From a virus (lineage: Duplodnaviria > Caudoviricetes): a stretch of 64,000 bases of DNA. Location: positions 1,576-65,575 of the IMG/VR virus record IMGVR_UViG_3300031957_001675. One strand, given 5' to 3'. The notes below the pieces were generated by a model. It had not been told where the DNA came from. It worked only from the letters and a program-made list of their open reading frames with translations, and did no database searches. The position numbers were made by a program, and so were the translations under genes. Below, piece after piece: positions 1 through 10,514 of this stretch (its first letter is position 1; each line of letters opens with the position of its first letter).

Positions 1-3000
1 CTATCAAATGATAATTGTTCTGAACCAGTTATTGCATTACGAAGTTGACCACCACCTACACTAATATTAGCATGACCTGAAATAGCATCTGCAAAGATGA
101 TATCCATTTTTGATGCATCAACGGCACTTATACGTTCTGGTATAATTACATTATCACTCTCATCATATACTGTAACTGCTGGGTATTGTTCACCTATACT
201 ATGTGTTACTCTCCAGTTTGTTGAAACTGTTGATTGTTCAAATATTACATTCTTACCTAATTCATCAACTGCTTGTCCACCTGTAGATACAATTGCAACA
301 CCTGATAATGGTGTATTGAATGAAATTGTTATTGTGTTTGAATCTGTTGCCACAACTGAAGCTGGTATAACAAGTTCATCACTACCATTATAAACATCAA
401 TGTTAACATATTGATAATCAAATCCGTGAGAAACAGTCCAAGTGCTTGATGCTGCAGTTTGAACGTGTTTATATTTTTGACCTACTTCTAACCCCGAGTA
501 AGACCCTGTTATTAAACCTGAAACACTTAATGAACCAGTGATTTGTATATCATTATGAGTTCTATAAAATGAACCTGTTTGTTCAAATATACCTGCGTCA
601 TCTAATTCACCATCTATTCTACTGATACTAGCAGTGATAGCTGCGATACTAGCAGTTGATAATGTTGCACTTGTTTTTAATTCACTAATACTTGAAGTGA
701 TGGCTGCTATACTTGCAGTTGCAAGAGTGATGTTAGTTGTGTTTGTATCAATTTCTGAGTCAATTCTACTAACACTAGCTGTTATTGCAGCGATACTTGC
801 TGTTGCCAATGTCATATCACTTTCATTTGAATCAAATCGTGTAGCTATAGAACTTGAAACAGAAGTGAATGAACCACTTATAGTATCAGCATTAGTAAAT
901 TCTTTCATCTCTGCAACACTAGCTGTGATAGCAGCAATACTAGCTGTTGCCAATGTCATATCGCTTTCATTTGAATCAAATCTTGTAGCTATAGAACTTG
1001 AAACAGCTGTAAACGAACCACTAATTGTGTCGGCATTTGTAAATTCTTTCATCTCAGCAACACTAGCCGTGATTGCAGCTATTGATGCTGTAGCAAGAGT
1101 CATATCACTTTCATTTGAATCAAATCTTGTAGCTATTGAACTTGAAACAGAAGTGAATGAACCACTAATTATAGTACTTGTTGCTGTTCCAAATGTAACA
1201 CCTGTAATATCACCACTATCAATATCAACGTTGGTCATATTCTGGTCATTAAAGTCAATAGCACCTCCAGCTGTGAATGCTCCAATCTCATCAGCTGTTA
1301 ATGTACCATCAACTGTTGCTGAACCCGTGATTGATAAACTACTACTTACTGATACAGAACCTGTAAACGAGTGGTGGTCGTCAGTTGCATCACCAAAGTT
1401 GTTTGAACCTGACGTAACTGTTATAGATGATGATACAAATGTTGTATGAACTTCAACAGCTGTAATTGTACCAGTTGACGTAATATTACCAAAAGTAACG
1501 TCTGAATCAGTATTGACTGGCTGTCCTAAACTTGCAGTGATGGCTGCTATACTGGCAGTTGCTAAAGTAATGTTTGCTGCATTTGTTTCAGTCTCAGTAT
1601 CGAGTCTAGCAATACTAGCTGTTATTGCAGCTATACTTGCAGTTGCTAGATTCATATCTGTATCGTCTGTACTGATTTCATCATTTAACCTACTAATACT
1701 TGCTGTAATAGCTGCAATACTAGCAGTAGCAAGATTCATATCAGTTTCACGAGCATCAAACCTAGTTGCTATAGAACTTGAAACAGAAGTGAATGAACCA
1801 CTAATTGTATCAGCGTTAGTAAATTCTTTCATCTCAGCAACACTAGCCGTGATTGCAGCTATTGATGCTGTAGCAAGAGTCATATCTGTTTCTCTTGAGT
1901 CAAATCTTGTTGCAATTGAACCTGAAAGTGATGTAAATGAACCACTAATTGTATCAGCGTTCGTAAATGGTTTCATCTCTGCAATACTAGCAGTAATTGC
2001 AGCAATACTAGCTGTTGCTAGTGTAATATTTGTAACATTTGTATCGATTTCAGAATCTATTCTACTAATACTTGCTGTTATGGCTGCGATACTTGAAGTA
2101 GCTAATGTAATATTTGTAACATTTGTATCGATTTCTGAATCAATTCTGCTTATACTTGCAGTTATTGCAGCTATACTTGCAGTGGCTAAATTCATATCAG
2201 TATCATCTGTACTGATTTCATCGTTCAATCTACTGATGCTAGCTGTAATTGCTGCAATACTAGCAGTAGCTAATGTCATATCACTTTCATTTGAATCAAA
2301 TCTTGTAGCTATAGAACTTGAAACAGCGGTAAACGAACCACTAATTGTATCAGCTTTTGTAAATTCTTTCATTTCAGCAACACTAGCTGTAATAGCAGCT
2401 ATACTAGCTGTTGCGAGAGTCATATCAGTTTCACGTGAATCAAATCGTGTAGCTATAGAACTTGAAACAGAAGTGAATGAACCACTAATTGTGTCTGCAT
2501 TCGTAAATTCTTTCATTTCTGCTACACTTGCAGTGATTGCCGCAATACTAGCTGTTGCAATAGTCATATTAGCTGAATTTGTATCAATTTCAGAATCAAT
2601 TCGACTGATACTAGCAGTGATTGCAGCTATACTTGCTGTTGCAAGATTCATATCAGTATCATCAGTACTTATCTCATCATTTAAACGACTAATACTTGCT
2701 GTTAGTGCTGCAATACTTGCAGTAGCTAATGTCATATTTGATTCGTTTAATGCAATACTAGCAGTTGCTAACGTCATATCTGTTTCACGAGAATCAAATC
2801 TTGTGGCGATAGAACTTGAAACAGCAGTAAACGAACCACTAATAGTAGTTGCTTTTGTAAATTCTTTCATTTCAGCAACACTAGCTGTTATTGCTGCTAT
2901 ACTTGCAGTAGCTAAAGTAATGTTAGTTACATTTGTATCGATTTCAGAATCTATTCTACTAACACTAGCTGTGATAGCTGCTATAGATGCTGTAGCTAAT

Positions 3001-4916
3001 GTTATATCAACTTCACGTGAATCAAATCGTGTAGCAATAGAACTTGAAACTGATGTAAAGGAACCACTAATTGTGTCAGCTTTTGTAAATTCTTTCATCT
3101 CTGCTATACTTGAAGTTATAGCCTCAATACTTGCAGTTGATAAAGTTTCGTGTGTTCTTAACTCAGATATACTAGCAGTGATTGCAGCAATACTTGCAGT
3201 AGCTAAATTCATATCTGTATCGTCTGTACTTATCTCATCATTTAATCGACTAATACTAGCGGTTAGTGCAGCTATACTTGCAGTCGCGAGTGTGATATTA
3301 GCAGCGTTAGTATCAATTTCAGAATCTATTCGACTGACACTAGATGTGATTGCAGCAATACTAGCTGTTGCTAATGTCATATTATCGTTAATTGTACTTA
3401 CACTTGCAGTGATTGCAGCGATACTAGCCGTAGCTAATGTCATATTTGTTTCATTAGATGCAATACTAGCAGTAGCTAGTGTCATATCTGTTTCACGTGA
3501 ATCAAATCTCGTAGCTATTGAACTTGATAGAGCTGTTGTTGAACCAGTAATTATTGTACTTGTTGCGGTACCAAACGTTACACCTGTAATATCACCACTA
3601 TCAATATCAACATTAGTCATATTTTGGTCATTAAAATCAATAGCACCAGCCGCAGTGAATGCTCCGATTTCATCAGCTGTTAATGTACCATCAACTGTCG
3701 CTGAACCAGTTATTGATAAACTACTACTTACTGATACTGAACCAGTGAATGAATGATGGTCATCTGTAGTGTCACCAAAATTATTTGAACCAGTCGCTAC
3801 TGAAATTGAAGATGAAATAAAAGTTGTGTGAATTTCAGTTGCAGTTATTGTTCCTGTAACATCTAAATCACTATCTATTGTAACATCACTTGCAAAATTA
3901 CTTGTCCCGTCAATATCTAAATTACCAGTAGCAAATATATTACCACTTGCACTTACATCTGCACTTGCTGTTACTGAATTAAATACTGGTGAACTTGTTG
4001 TTCCTAAACCTTGTAATTCACCAGTACCAGATAATGTACTAAGACTTGAAGTGATTGCTGCTATACTAGCAGTTGCTAAAGTAATATCATCATTTATTCT
4101 ACTAACACTTGATGTGATTGCTGCAATACTAGCAGTTGCCAATGAACTTTCAGTATCTAATCGACTAATACTAGATGTTATTGCTGCAATACTTGCAGTA
4201 GCTAGTGTCATTTCAGTAGATTCAATATTTGTTGTTTTTAAAGTACCTGTAACTAATAAATTTGATGCTGTAACTTCTCCATCTACTTCAAGACCTGAAT
4301 TTAGTGTATCACCGACATATTGATATACAGTTATAAAAACTGAATCATCATCAACTGGGTCTTTATCAGAATTTAAAAATTGTACAACACCAGTTTTGTA
4401 ATCAAATTGATAATCATTTGTAGATATAATATCACCTGAACCGAGAGAACCTGTTTCAGCGTGTGAATTAATTGTAGATGATTTATAAAGAACAGCTAGA
4501 TAACCAGGTGTTGAATCTTCAGTTGTTGAGTTTGCTAATGAAGATATTGAATACTTTGGTGAAATAAAGTTTGTTTGTTGATTACCATCAATTAACTGAG
4601 CTCCAATACCATCAACAGAACCCGTTGGATTTAAAAAGAAATATACTTCATTATTAATATTTGATTTTGTTAACTCGTGTCGATAATAGTATTTTACGAC
4701 TTCTTTTCCGTTTTTAGAAAATGTCAAACCATTTTGTGAACTACCGCTAAAAGGTAAACTTGAACTTGGTATTAAGTTTGCTCTTGTGTATATCTCTTCA
4801 CTTCTTAAATCAAGCACATTAGTAAAGGCCTCTTGTGCACTTGTAAGAGTATTGTGCGTATATCGTCTTGACGCTAAGAGTCTACTTGATTTTGAACCTG
4901 AGTCAATTAATCCCAT
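1..4916 (-). CDS. Long repetitive tail fibre / coiled-coil virion fibre protein (>1638 aa, 3' end runs off the window)
   Basis: ATG at 4916 (MGLIDSGSKSSRLLASRRY...) lies just after the stop of the upstream gene. The frame was open wherever I translated it, and it is absent from the ORF track, consistent with no stop inside the window. It carries about 27 LATASIAAITAS repeats and Ser/Thr/Gly-rich beta modules. Confidence 0.8.
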   Translation of the reverse strand, partial: MGLIDSGSKSSRLLASRRYTHNTLTSAQEAFTNVLDLRSEEIYTRANLIPSSSLPFSGSSQNGLTFSKNGKEVVKYYYRHELTKSNINNEVYFFLNPTGSVDGIGAQLIDGNQQTNFISPKYSISSLANSTTEDSTPGYLAVLYKSSTINSHAETGSLGSGDIISTNDYQFDYKTGVVQFLNSDKDPVDDDSVFITVYQYVGDTLNSGLEVDGEVTASNLLVTGTLKTTNIESTEMTLATASIAAITSSISRLDTESSLATASIAAITSSVSRINDDITLATASIAAITSSLSTLSGTGELQGLGTTSSPVFNSVTASADVSASGNIFATGNLDIDGTSNFASDVTIDSDLDVTGTITATEIHTTFISSSISVATGSNNFGDTTDDHHSFTGSVSVSSSLSITGSATVDGTLTADEIGAFTAAGAIDFNDQNMTNVDIDSGDITGVTFGTATSTIITGSTTALSSSIATRFDSRETDMTLATASIASNETNMTLATASIAAITASVSTINDNMTLATASIAAITSSVSRIDSEIDTNAANITLATASIAALTASISRLNDEISTDDTDMNLATASIAAITASISELRTHETLSTASIEAITSSIAEMKEFTKADTISGSFTSVSSSIATRFDSREVDITLATASIAAITASVSRIDSEIDTNVTNITLATASIAAITASVAEMKEFTKATTISGSFTAVSSSIATRFDSRETDMTLATASIALNESNMTLATASIAALTASISRLNDEISTDDTDMNLATASIAAITASISRIDSEIDTNSANMTIATASIAAITASVAEMKEFTNADTISGSFTSVSSSIATRFDSRETDMTLATASIAAITASVAEMKEFTKADTISGSFTAVSSSIATRFDSNESDMTLATASIAAITASISRLNDEISTDDTDMNLATASIAAITASISRIDSEIDTNVTNITLATSSIAAITASISRIDSEIDTNVTNITLATASIAAITASIAEMKPFTNADTISGSFTSLSGSIATRFDSRETDMTLATASIAAITASVAEMKEFTNADTISGSFTSVSSSIATRFDARETDMNLATASIAAITASISRLNDEISTDDTDMNLATASIAAITASIARLDTETETNAANITLATASIAAITASLGQPVNTDSDVTFGNITSTGTITAVEVHTTFVSSSITVTSGSNNFGDATDDHHSFTGSVSVSSSLSITGSATVDGTLTADEIGAFTAGGAIDFNDQNMTNVDIDSGDITGVTFGTATSTIISGSFTSVSSSIATRFDSNESDMTLATASIAAITASVAEMKEFTNADTISGSFTAVSSSIATRFDSNESDMTLATASIAAITASVAEMKEFTNADTISGSFTSVSSSIATRFDSNESDMTLATASIAAITASVSRIDSEIDTNTTNITLATASIAAITSSISELKTSATLSTASIAAITASISRIDGELDDAGIFEQTGSFYRTHNDIQITGSLSVSGLITGSYSGLEVGQKYKHVQTAASSTWTVSHGFDYQYVNIDVYNGSDELVIPASVVATDSNTITISFNTPLSGVAIVSTGGQAVDELGKNVIFEQSTVSTNWRVTHSIGEQYPAVTVYDESDNVIIPERISAVDASKMDIIFADAISGHANISVGGGQLRNAITGSEQLSFD
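630..4215 (-). repeat. Intragenic tandem repeat array encoding LATASIAAITAS units spaced 21, 28 or 48 aa apart
   Basis: Recurrent forward-strand motif of the type gcagttattgcagctatacttgcagttgc. About 27 full and 2 partial copies counted from the antisense translations. Blocks ~1140-1500 and ~3510-3860 are duplicates of each other. Confidence 0.9.
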
Positions 4917-4924
4917 TATTATCC

Positions 4925-7120
4925 CTAACTAAAAGTTAATGTGATGTCATCAATTGGTGTTGGGTTACCTGCATATCTGACTATTACATATAATTCGTTA
5001 TCACTATTATCTAAATACATACCATCAGCATTTCTCATTGGAACTGTATATGTACCACTACTCAAACTACCACCCGTATTACCGTATAAATCTAAAGCGT
5101 CATTGAATGGATTTAAGTGAAAATCTGTTTGATGTGCTACACTACTTGAAATTAAATTTGAAGTTGTTTCTGATGGGTCATAAATTCTTGCTCTTGTTAA
5201 TTCATTATTTGTCCCACTTCCACTTGCAGAACTTTTAAATAATAAAGCTGCTGCTATCGAGTCATCTGTAGTTGCTTTCCAATTCACTAGTGTTGTGTTA
5301 TTTAAATTAACAGTCATACTTGTTTTTGTACCACTTGTTTGAAATCTTCTTATATAATATTTGAATGAACTACTACCATAATTTGATGGGTAATAATAAC
5401 CGTGAGACTCACCTGGTTCAACTAAGAATCCCGGTTTAACTTGTAGTTCTTGTTCACTTAATTTTGAACCACTATCAAATGCATCACCGTTAAAACCAAC
5501 AACATTATTATTTAATTGTATTCTAAAAGACTCACCAGTAAATGTTTCACTTGTACCTGTTAGACTACCACCATCGTAACCGTCTGCTCTTTGATATACT
5601 GCTAATGACCCACTGGTTTGTGGTTGACCAAATGAACTTGCAGTGTGATAAAAATATGTATATGTATCTAATGTTGAACGTGATGATGCTCTGTTTCTAC
5701 CTCTTATTCCAATTGTGAATGATGAATCACTAACACCAGTTTGATTTACGTTATCACCAGTACCACTTAATGTATAGATTGCATTATGTCTATATACATC
5801 TGTTCTTGTTGGTACAACACTAGTACTTCTTACGGCTGCCGATGAACCTGACCCGGCAAACACTGCGTTTGCTGTTTGTATTGTACCACCACTTGTGCTC
5901 ATATCATCAACACCAGATGTTGCAGATACTGAACCAACACCTACTGAACTAATATTATCATCTACTAATGTACTTGACGCTGCATACATTGGGTCAAATA
6001 AACCATGGACTGATGCACTTAAATGATAAGTCGCACTTACTAAATACGGTACACCACTTAAACTTCTACTTGTTGCTGTTAGATAACTTTGTGTTACTGC
6101 TGTTATACCAAGACTATTTGTACCGATGTCAGTTTCAATTTGGTCTACTGGAGCATAAAATCTTGTTGTGTTTGTACCATTTACGAATGTGAAATTACCT
6201 GAACCTGTTGCAATACCAACTTTTAAATCGTGAAATCTATAGTAACCACTTGAAGATACACTTGTAAAACTTGTTTCAGATGAGTGATATTTACGAGTAA
6301 GTGTACCTGACATAGAAGTACCACCTACATTAGCAAACTTACCATCTTGAAAGGCTGCTGGTATTACTGCTGGTTGTGAAGTATTAATTTTTGCTAATGT
6401 TAAACCGTCAGATGTACCAAATGTTTCATTTGATAAAGTTAGATTTGAAGCAGTTGTAAATGTATTTGATGCTGCTGTTGGAGCAGTTACACTACCTGTA
6501 TCACTAAATGATTGTGATGCTATAACTTGTACTTCAAATTTAGTTTCAGCACCACTTGTTAATCCACCAAGACCAAATAACTCTGAATCTGCAGATGAAC
6601 TAACTGTACCAGTACCTGTTGAGTTTGAATCAAAATCAATTTTATAAGTACTACCGTTATCGTGATATACAGATATACCAGAGAAGACTGTTTCACCTTC
6701 TGATACCCATTGTTTTGTTACTAAATATTTTAGAGTAGTAATTGAATCATCATAACTTTGAGGTAGACGACCATCAACACTATCAGTACTACCTAAATTG
6801 TTTTCAGTTGTATCAACACTACCAAAAGTTTTAGTATTTGGTGATGCATCTGCAACATCTAATGAGTGACTTAACACACCTGACATAAATCTTAAAATTT
6901 CACTTGTATTAGTCGTATTATCAAAGTTATTGAAATAACTACCTTCTAAGTTTTGACCCCAAGGATTAGAAGTTGGATAACCATTGGTAATATTATTCGT
7001 AAGAATAGCAGTAGAACCACTATCAGCTTGTTCGACTTTTAAAAAAGTTGTACTACTTGAGCCCGTTATCACTAATGAACTCTTACGAATTTCTTTACCT
7101 TTGTAATTAAAGTTTGACAT
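4925..7120 (-). CDS. Putative virion structural protein (731 aa, Ser/Thr/Gly-rich)
   Basis: Long ORF in the structural operon with beta-rich composition; no enzyme motif recognised. Confidence 0.6.
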   Translation of the reverse strand: MSNFNYKGKEIRKSSLVITGSSSTTFLKVEQADSGSTAILTNNITNGYPTSNPWGQNLEGSYFNNFDNTTNTSEILRFMSGVLSHSLDVADASPNTKTFGSVDTTENNLGSTDSVDGRLPQSYDDSITTLKYLVTKQWVSEGETVFSGISVYHDNGSTYKIDFDSNSTGTGTVSSSADSELFGLGGLTSGAETKFEVQVIASQSFSDTGSVTAPTAASNTFTTASNLTLSNETFGTSDGLTLAKINTSQPAVIPAAFQDGKFANVGGTSMSGTLTRKYHSSETSFTSVSSSGYYRFHDLKVGIATGSGNFTFVNGTNTTRFYAPVDQIETDIGTNSLGITAVTQSYLTATSRSLSGVPYLVSATYHLSASVHGLFDPMYAASSTLVDDNISSVGVGSVSATSGVDDMSTSGGTIQTANAVFAGSGSSAAVRSTSVVPTRTDVYRHNAIYTLSGTGDNVNQTGVSDSSFTIGIRGRNRASSRSTLDTYTYFYHTASSFGQPQTSGSLAVYQRADGYDGGSLTGTSETFTGESFRIQLNNNVVGFNGDAFDSGSKLSEQELQVKPGFLVEPGESHGYYYPSNYGSSSFKYYIRRFQTSGTKTSMTVNLNNTTLVNWKATTDDSIAAALLFKSSASGSGTNNELTRARIYDPSETTSNLISSSVAHQTDFHLNPFNDALDLYGNTGGSLSSGTYTVPMRNADGMYLDNSDNELYVIVRYAGNPTPIDDITLTFS

Positions 7121-7121
7121 A

Positions 7122-7448
7122 TTATGTTATTTCTAAAATACTTGCAAATACATCAATATCATTAGCAGCAGATGCTTTAGTTTCTAACTTATCACCAGCT
7201 CCTAAATTAATTGGTTTTTCTAAAATTACTGATGAATCTGCAGGCACATCTACTGTTTTCATAAGATATCTTCTTGTATTAAAATTTGCACTTCCGCTAA
7301 TAGAAATATCGATTGTTGCATCATTTGTACCATCAACATTACTAATGTAGATTGCATGAACTACACCTGTTGTATTAGTTGGGCATGTATATAATGGTGT
7401 AATTGCTGTATTTGAACCTGTTGCTGCACTTGTAAAAGTTTGAGCCAT
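7122..7448 (-). CDS. Small structural protein (108 aa)
   Basis: YTCP...ISNVDG...VPADS...L.AGDKL...SILEIT pattern resembles small fibre-associated proteins of T4-like phages; tight operon packing. Confidence 0.6.
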   Translation of the reverse strand: MAQTFTSAATGSNTAITPLYTCPTNTTGVVHAIYISNVDGTNDATIDISISGSANFNTRRYLMKTVDVPADSSVILEKPINLGAGDKLETKASAANDIDVFASILEIT

Positions 7449-7450
7449 TA

Positions 7451-7672
7451 TTATCCTCCAAAGACTATAGCTAAAGCGGTTGCTGTATCTACAACACTCG
7501 TACCACCTTCAAAGACTCTACCTGTACCAGTAGTATTGATACTACCACTTGTACTTAGTACATATGAACCTTGTGTAGGGTCATCACTACCACTCACAAA
7601 GAATGAACCTGTGTTTACTGCGAATGAGCCTGATAAATTTTTACTTAGTTGTTTGCTGTCGATTAAAGCCAT
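7451..7672 (-). CDS. Hypothetical small structural protein (73 aa)
   Basis: ORF with an upstream purine-rich RBS; ends ATALAIVFGG. Confidence 0.55.
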   Translation of the reverse strand: MALIDSKQLSKNLSGSFAVNTGSFFVSGSDDPTQGSYVLSTSGSINTTGTGRVFEGGTSVVDTATALAIVFGG

Positions 7673-7931
7673 ACTTTATCTCTTCTTGTTTTCTGTTTTC
7701 CCACCAATTTGTGATGGATTTGGAAATATTTTTCTTGTGCTGTATTGTTTTTGGTTGTTTCATCTTTTCAATAGTTTGTAATGTAAGTTTTCTATCCATT
7801 TGTGCACAAGATTTACATACAGTATTGTTTCCTACTGCACGGTCAAACGTGTCTTTTCTTGTATATGTTATCATTTTACTACAATCAGGACACTTTCTAT
7901 TTTTCCTATTTTTCCAATGTCGTTTTCTCAT
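7641..7931 (-). CDS. Small basic CxxC...CxxC zinc-binding protein with NUMOD3-like tail
   Basis: CPDC...CKSC followed by TIEKMK...HKKNISKS. Likely start is ATG 7931, just downstream of the ATATTTAT motif. Confidence 0.55.
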   Translation of the reverse strand: MRKRHWKNRKNRKCPDCSKMITYTRKDTFDRAVGNNTVCKSCAQMDRKLTLQTIEKMKQPKTIQHKKNISKSITNWWENRKQEEIKYGFNRQQTTK

Positions 7932-7935
7932 AATA

Positions 7936-7943
7936 ATAAATAT
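7936..7943 (-). promoter_or_regulatory. Putative late promoter motif ATATTTAT
   Basis: Same octamer recurs in ten intergenic gaps upstream of minus-strand genes. Confidence 0.55.
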
Positions 7944-7969
7944 CAAAGAATGGTAAAAGAAAAGTTGAC

Positions 7970-8797
7970 CTACGAATTAAATTTACCAAAAGCGACAATT
8001 TCATCTGTATTTTCTAAATTATATCCTATTGAAGTGCTATCTACTTTTAACAATAATGATGTATCATCTTGTTGTATTGTTAATGAATCATTTTCCATCA
8101 TCGTTCCATTTAGAAAAAACATAAAATCTTCTTTAGAAGTACTTGTAAGTTCACTCGGAGCTGATGCTGTTACAGCTGTAAAGCTTGCTGTACTTACACT
8201 TACAAAACTACCGGTATGAGCAAAACTTTTTCTTAAATAAGCTGATTTTACAAAAAGCGGAGCATAAAATTCTTTTACTGCATTTTCTGTCAGGATTGCA
8301 GTTGTACTATCACCAGCTAAAGTTGAATCGTTACTGATTTCTGTAAGTTGATAATTATTTATATTGAAAGAACCAGTCAACGACATACTACCAGTCATAT
8401 ATTGTTCATCATCAATATCATCACCAAAAAGTGTACTACCACTTTCAAATAATGTTGCTGATTGTGATAATTCAGTTTCTATTTTTTCAGCAGTTAAAAT
8501 ACCATCAATTGTTAAATCTTCAGTAATGATTAAATTTTTTGAAACCGACATATCACCAGTTTGTGTAATTGAACCTGTTATTGTGTTACCTGATAATATT
8601 AATGACTCATTATCTATAATGATTTTACTCGAAGTAACCTCATTGAATTGTACATTTGAACCTGAACCAACTGCTTGACCTATTGAAAAAATTACACCAG
8701 TATGGTCTCTTACGTATAACTCTATCCCGTTTTGGTCAATTGTTAAACCTGTACCTTCTTTGAATGTAATGGGTTGGTTTAATATAAAATTTGGCAC
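7970..8797 (-). CDS. Structural protein, paralog of the C-terminal half of the upstream gp15-like gene
   Basis: Shares SGST.FGD..DD, EISND..L, ASFTAVTASAP and SIGYNLE..DEI.A.GKFNS with 8808..10514. Confidence 0.7.
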   Translation of the reverse strand: MPNFILNQPITFKEGTGLTIDQNGIELYVRDHTGVIFSIGQAVGSGSNVQFNEVTSSKIIIDNESLILSGNTITGSITQTGDMSVSKNLIITEDLTIDGILTAEKIETELSQSATLFESGSTLFGDDIDDEQYMTGSMSLTGSFNINNYQLTEISNDSTLAGDSTTAILTENAVKEFYAPLFVKSAYLRKSFAHTGSFVSVSTASFTAVTASAPSELTSTSKEDFMFFLNGTMMENDSLTIQQDDTSLLLKVDSTSIGYNLENTDEIVAFGKFNS

Positions 8798-8807
8798 TTA
8801 CGAACTC

Positions 8808-10514
8808 CTATGAATTAAACTTACCTATAGCTAATATTTCATCATCACTTTCTAAATTATACCCTATACTATCATTATTAACTTTCAATACAAAGACAGA
8901 ACCTACTTGTTGAATTTCTAATGCATCGTGTTCCATATACTGACCATTGATAAAGAAGATAAAATCATTTTCAGTTGTTGATGTAAGTGAAGCTGGTGCT
9001 GATGCTGTAACTGCTGTAAAACTAGCTGATGATGGGGCACTTATAGAAGTTGTTGTTTTTACAAAGTTTTTTCTCAAATATTCTTGTTCTGCATCAACTG
9101 TCGTTGTGGTGTAATTTTTAACTGCGTGTTCAGTTATTAATGCTGTTTCACTACCATCAGTCAAAGCTGTATCATTTGAAATCTCATCTATTGTGTAGTT
9201 GTTCAATGATACTGAACCCGTGATTTGTAAACTACCAGTGAATATATGAGTATCATCAAGTGTATCTCCAAATTGTGTAGAACCACTTGCATATATTATT
9301 GAACCACTTATAAATTCAGTATGAAATTCTTGTGCTGTAACGATACCTGCAACAGTTGCATTACCATTTACTGTCATATTACCAGTAGTGGTAAGTGAAC
9401 CTGTAAAATTCATATCACCAGTAACATTCCCACCATCATACGTAGTACTGTCTAATATGAGTGAACTCGCGGAAACTTGGTTAAACGTTACATTGGCCGT
9501 AGTAGATACGTCTTGGCCAATTGAAATTGTTTGTTCTAAACGAGATGCACCATTAAACTCAATACCATCTCGTGATAATGTTACACCTGTACCTGCATTA
9601 AGGACTAATGGAAATGTTAAAGTTGTACCCAATGTATCAGTTGGTGAACCTGCTCCAATTTTTTCAGAACTATTTTGTATTTCACTTATAAATTGACCTG
9701 TTTTACCTGTTGTATTACTAACTTTAGTATCAACTTCAGTACCAAAGATTACTTTTTTTGGTGTCAAATATTTTTGTGTTGTTGAGCGATGGTCAAAATT
9801 ACCTTGTGGTAATAAATATCCTCGCATAGTAACTGTAAAATTTGTTCTTACTAATCGTTCTACATCAGAAACTTCTGTGGCATCAGTAAAGGTATCAACA
9901 GAAGTTCTAAATTTCATCTTATCAGGGTCACCCCAATAGGCACCATCTGAATACACCACTCGTTCAACAATTTTATTCATTTGTTCTATATATGAAGTCC
10001 ATATAATGAAATCGTATGTTATCGTTACATAATCTGGCATTGTAACGTTATAGTATTCTCGTTGAGGTAACAGACCTATTTGTGTACTAAAATTATCATA
10101 TCTGTTTACGTCTGAAAACTTTTTTTCAAATGTATAAAATTGATGTGGGTTATTAGCATCTAACTTATCAATTGGTAGAGCTTCGTCTTTTTCGATTGAT
10201 GTTCTACGATACGCTATAACTGGTGTAATAGTTTGTCTTTTTTTGTCTTTCATAAAACCATCACGTTGAATAGCTTTCCAACGTTCTGGTGAAGCATACA
10301 TCACTGGTACTTTGACATTTTCACCGTTATCCTCTACTGATGGTTGAATCACTTTATCAAAATAGTGTAATATTGCACCATCCATATCCATCAAAGTTAC
10401 TGAAGGGTTTTTTACATCGTCTTTCGTTCTAGCTAATAAAGTACCTCTATTAATGACTCGTTGTTTTCTTGGTAAGGGTTTATTACCATTGTCTTGTTTA
10501 ATACTTATTGCCAT
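8808..10514 (-). CDS. Tail completion / sheath-stabiliser (T4 gp15-like) N-terminal domain fused to a fibre-like C-terminal region
   Basis: KVPVMYASPERW...P.IAYRRTSI...PDYVTITYDFIIWT..IEQMN.IVE pattern; position after the gp13/gp14-like genes. Confidence 0.6.
   Translation of the reverse strand: MAISIKQDNGNKPLPRKQRVINRGTLLARTKDDVKNPSVTLMDMDGAILHYFDKVIQPSVEDNGENVKVPVMYASPERWKAIQRDGFMKDKKRQTITPVIAYRRTSIEKDEALPIDKLDANNPHQFYTFEKKFSDVNRYDNFSTQIGLLPQREYYNVTMPDYVTITYDFIIWTSYIEQMNKIVERVVYSDGAYWGDPDKMKFRTSVDTFTDATEVSDVERLVRTNFTVTMRGYLLPQGNFDHRSTTQKYLTPKKVIFGTEVDTKVSNTTGKTGQFISEIQNSSEKIGAGSPTDTLGTTLTFPLVLNAGTGVTLSRDGIEFNGASRLEQTISIGQDVSTTANVTFNQVSASSLILDSTTYDGGNVTGDMNFTGSLTTTGNMTVNGNATVAGIVTAQEFHTEFISGSIIYASGSTQFGDTLDDTHIFTGSLQITGSVSLNNYTIDEISNDTALTDGSETALITEHAVKNYTTTTVDAEQEYLRKNFVKTTTSISAPSSASFTAVTASAPASLTSTTENDFIFFINGQYMEHDALEIQQVGSVFVLKVNNDSIGYNLESDDEILAIGKFNS

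Noticed and set aside
630-4215. Repeat array as a possible CRISPR array or diversity-generating element
   Set aside because: The repeats are degenerate at third codon positions and in frame, and the intervening segments recur. No cas or reverse transcriptase gene is in the window.
97-4323. Long hydrophobic plus-strand ORFs (634..1449, 1513..3756, 4051..4323, 97..393)
   Set aside because: They are antisense shadows of the repetitive minus-strand fibre gene, with no RBS and the same repeat periodicity.
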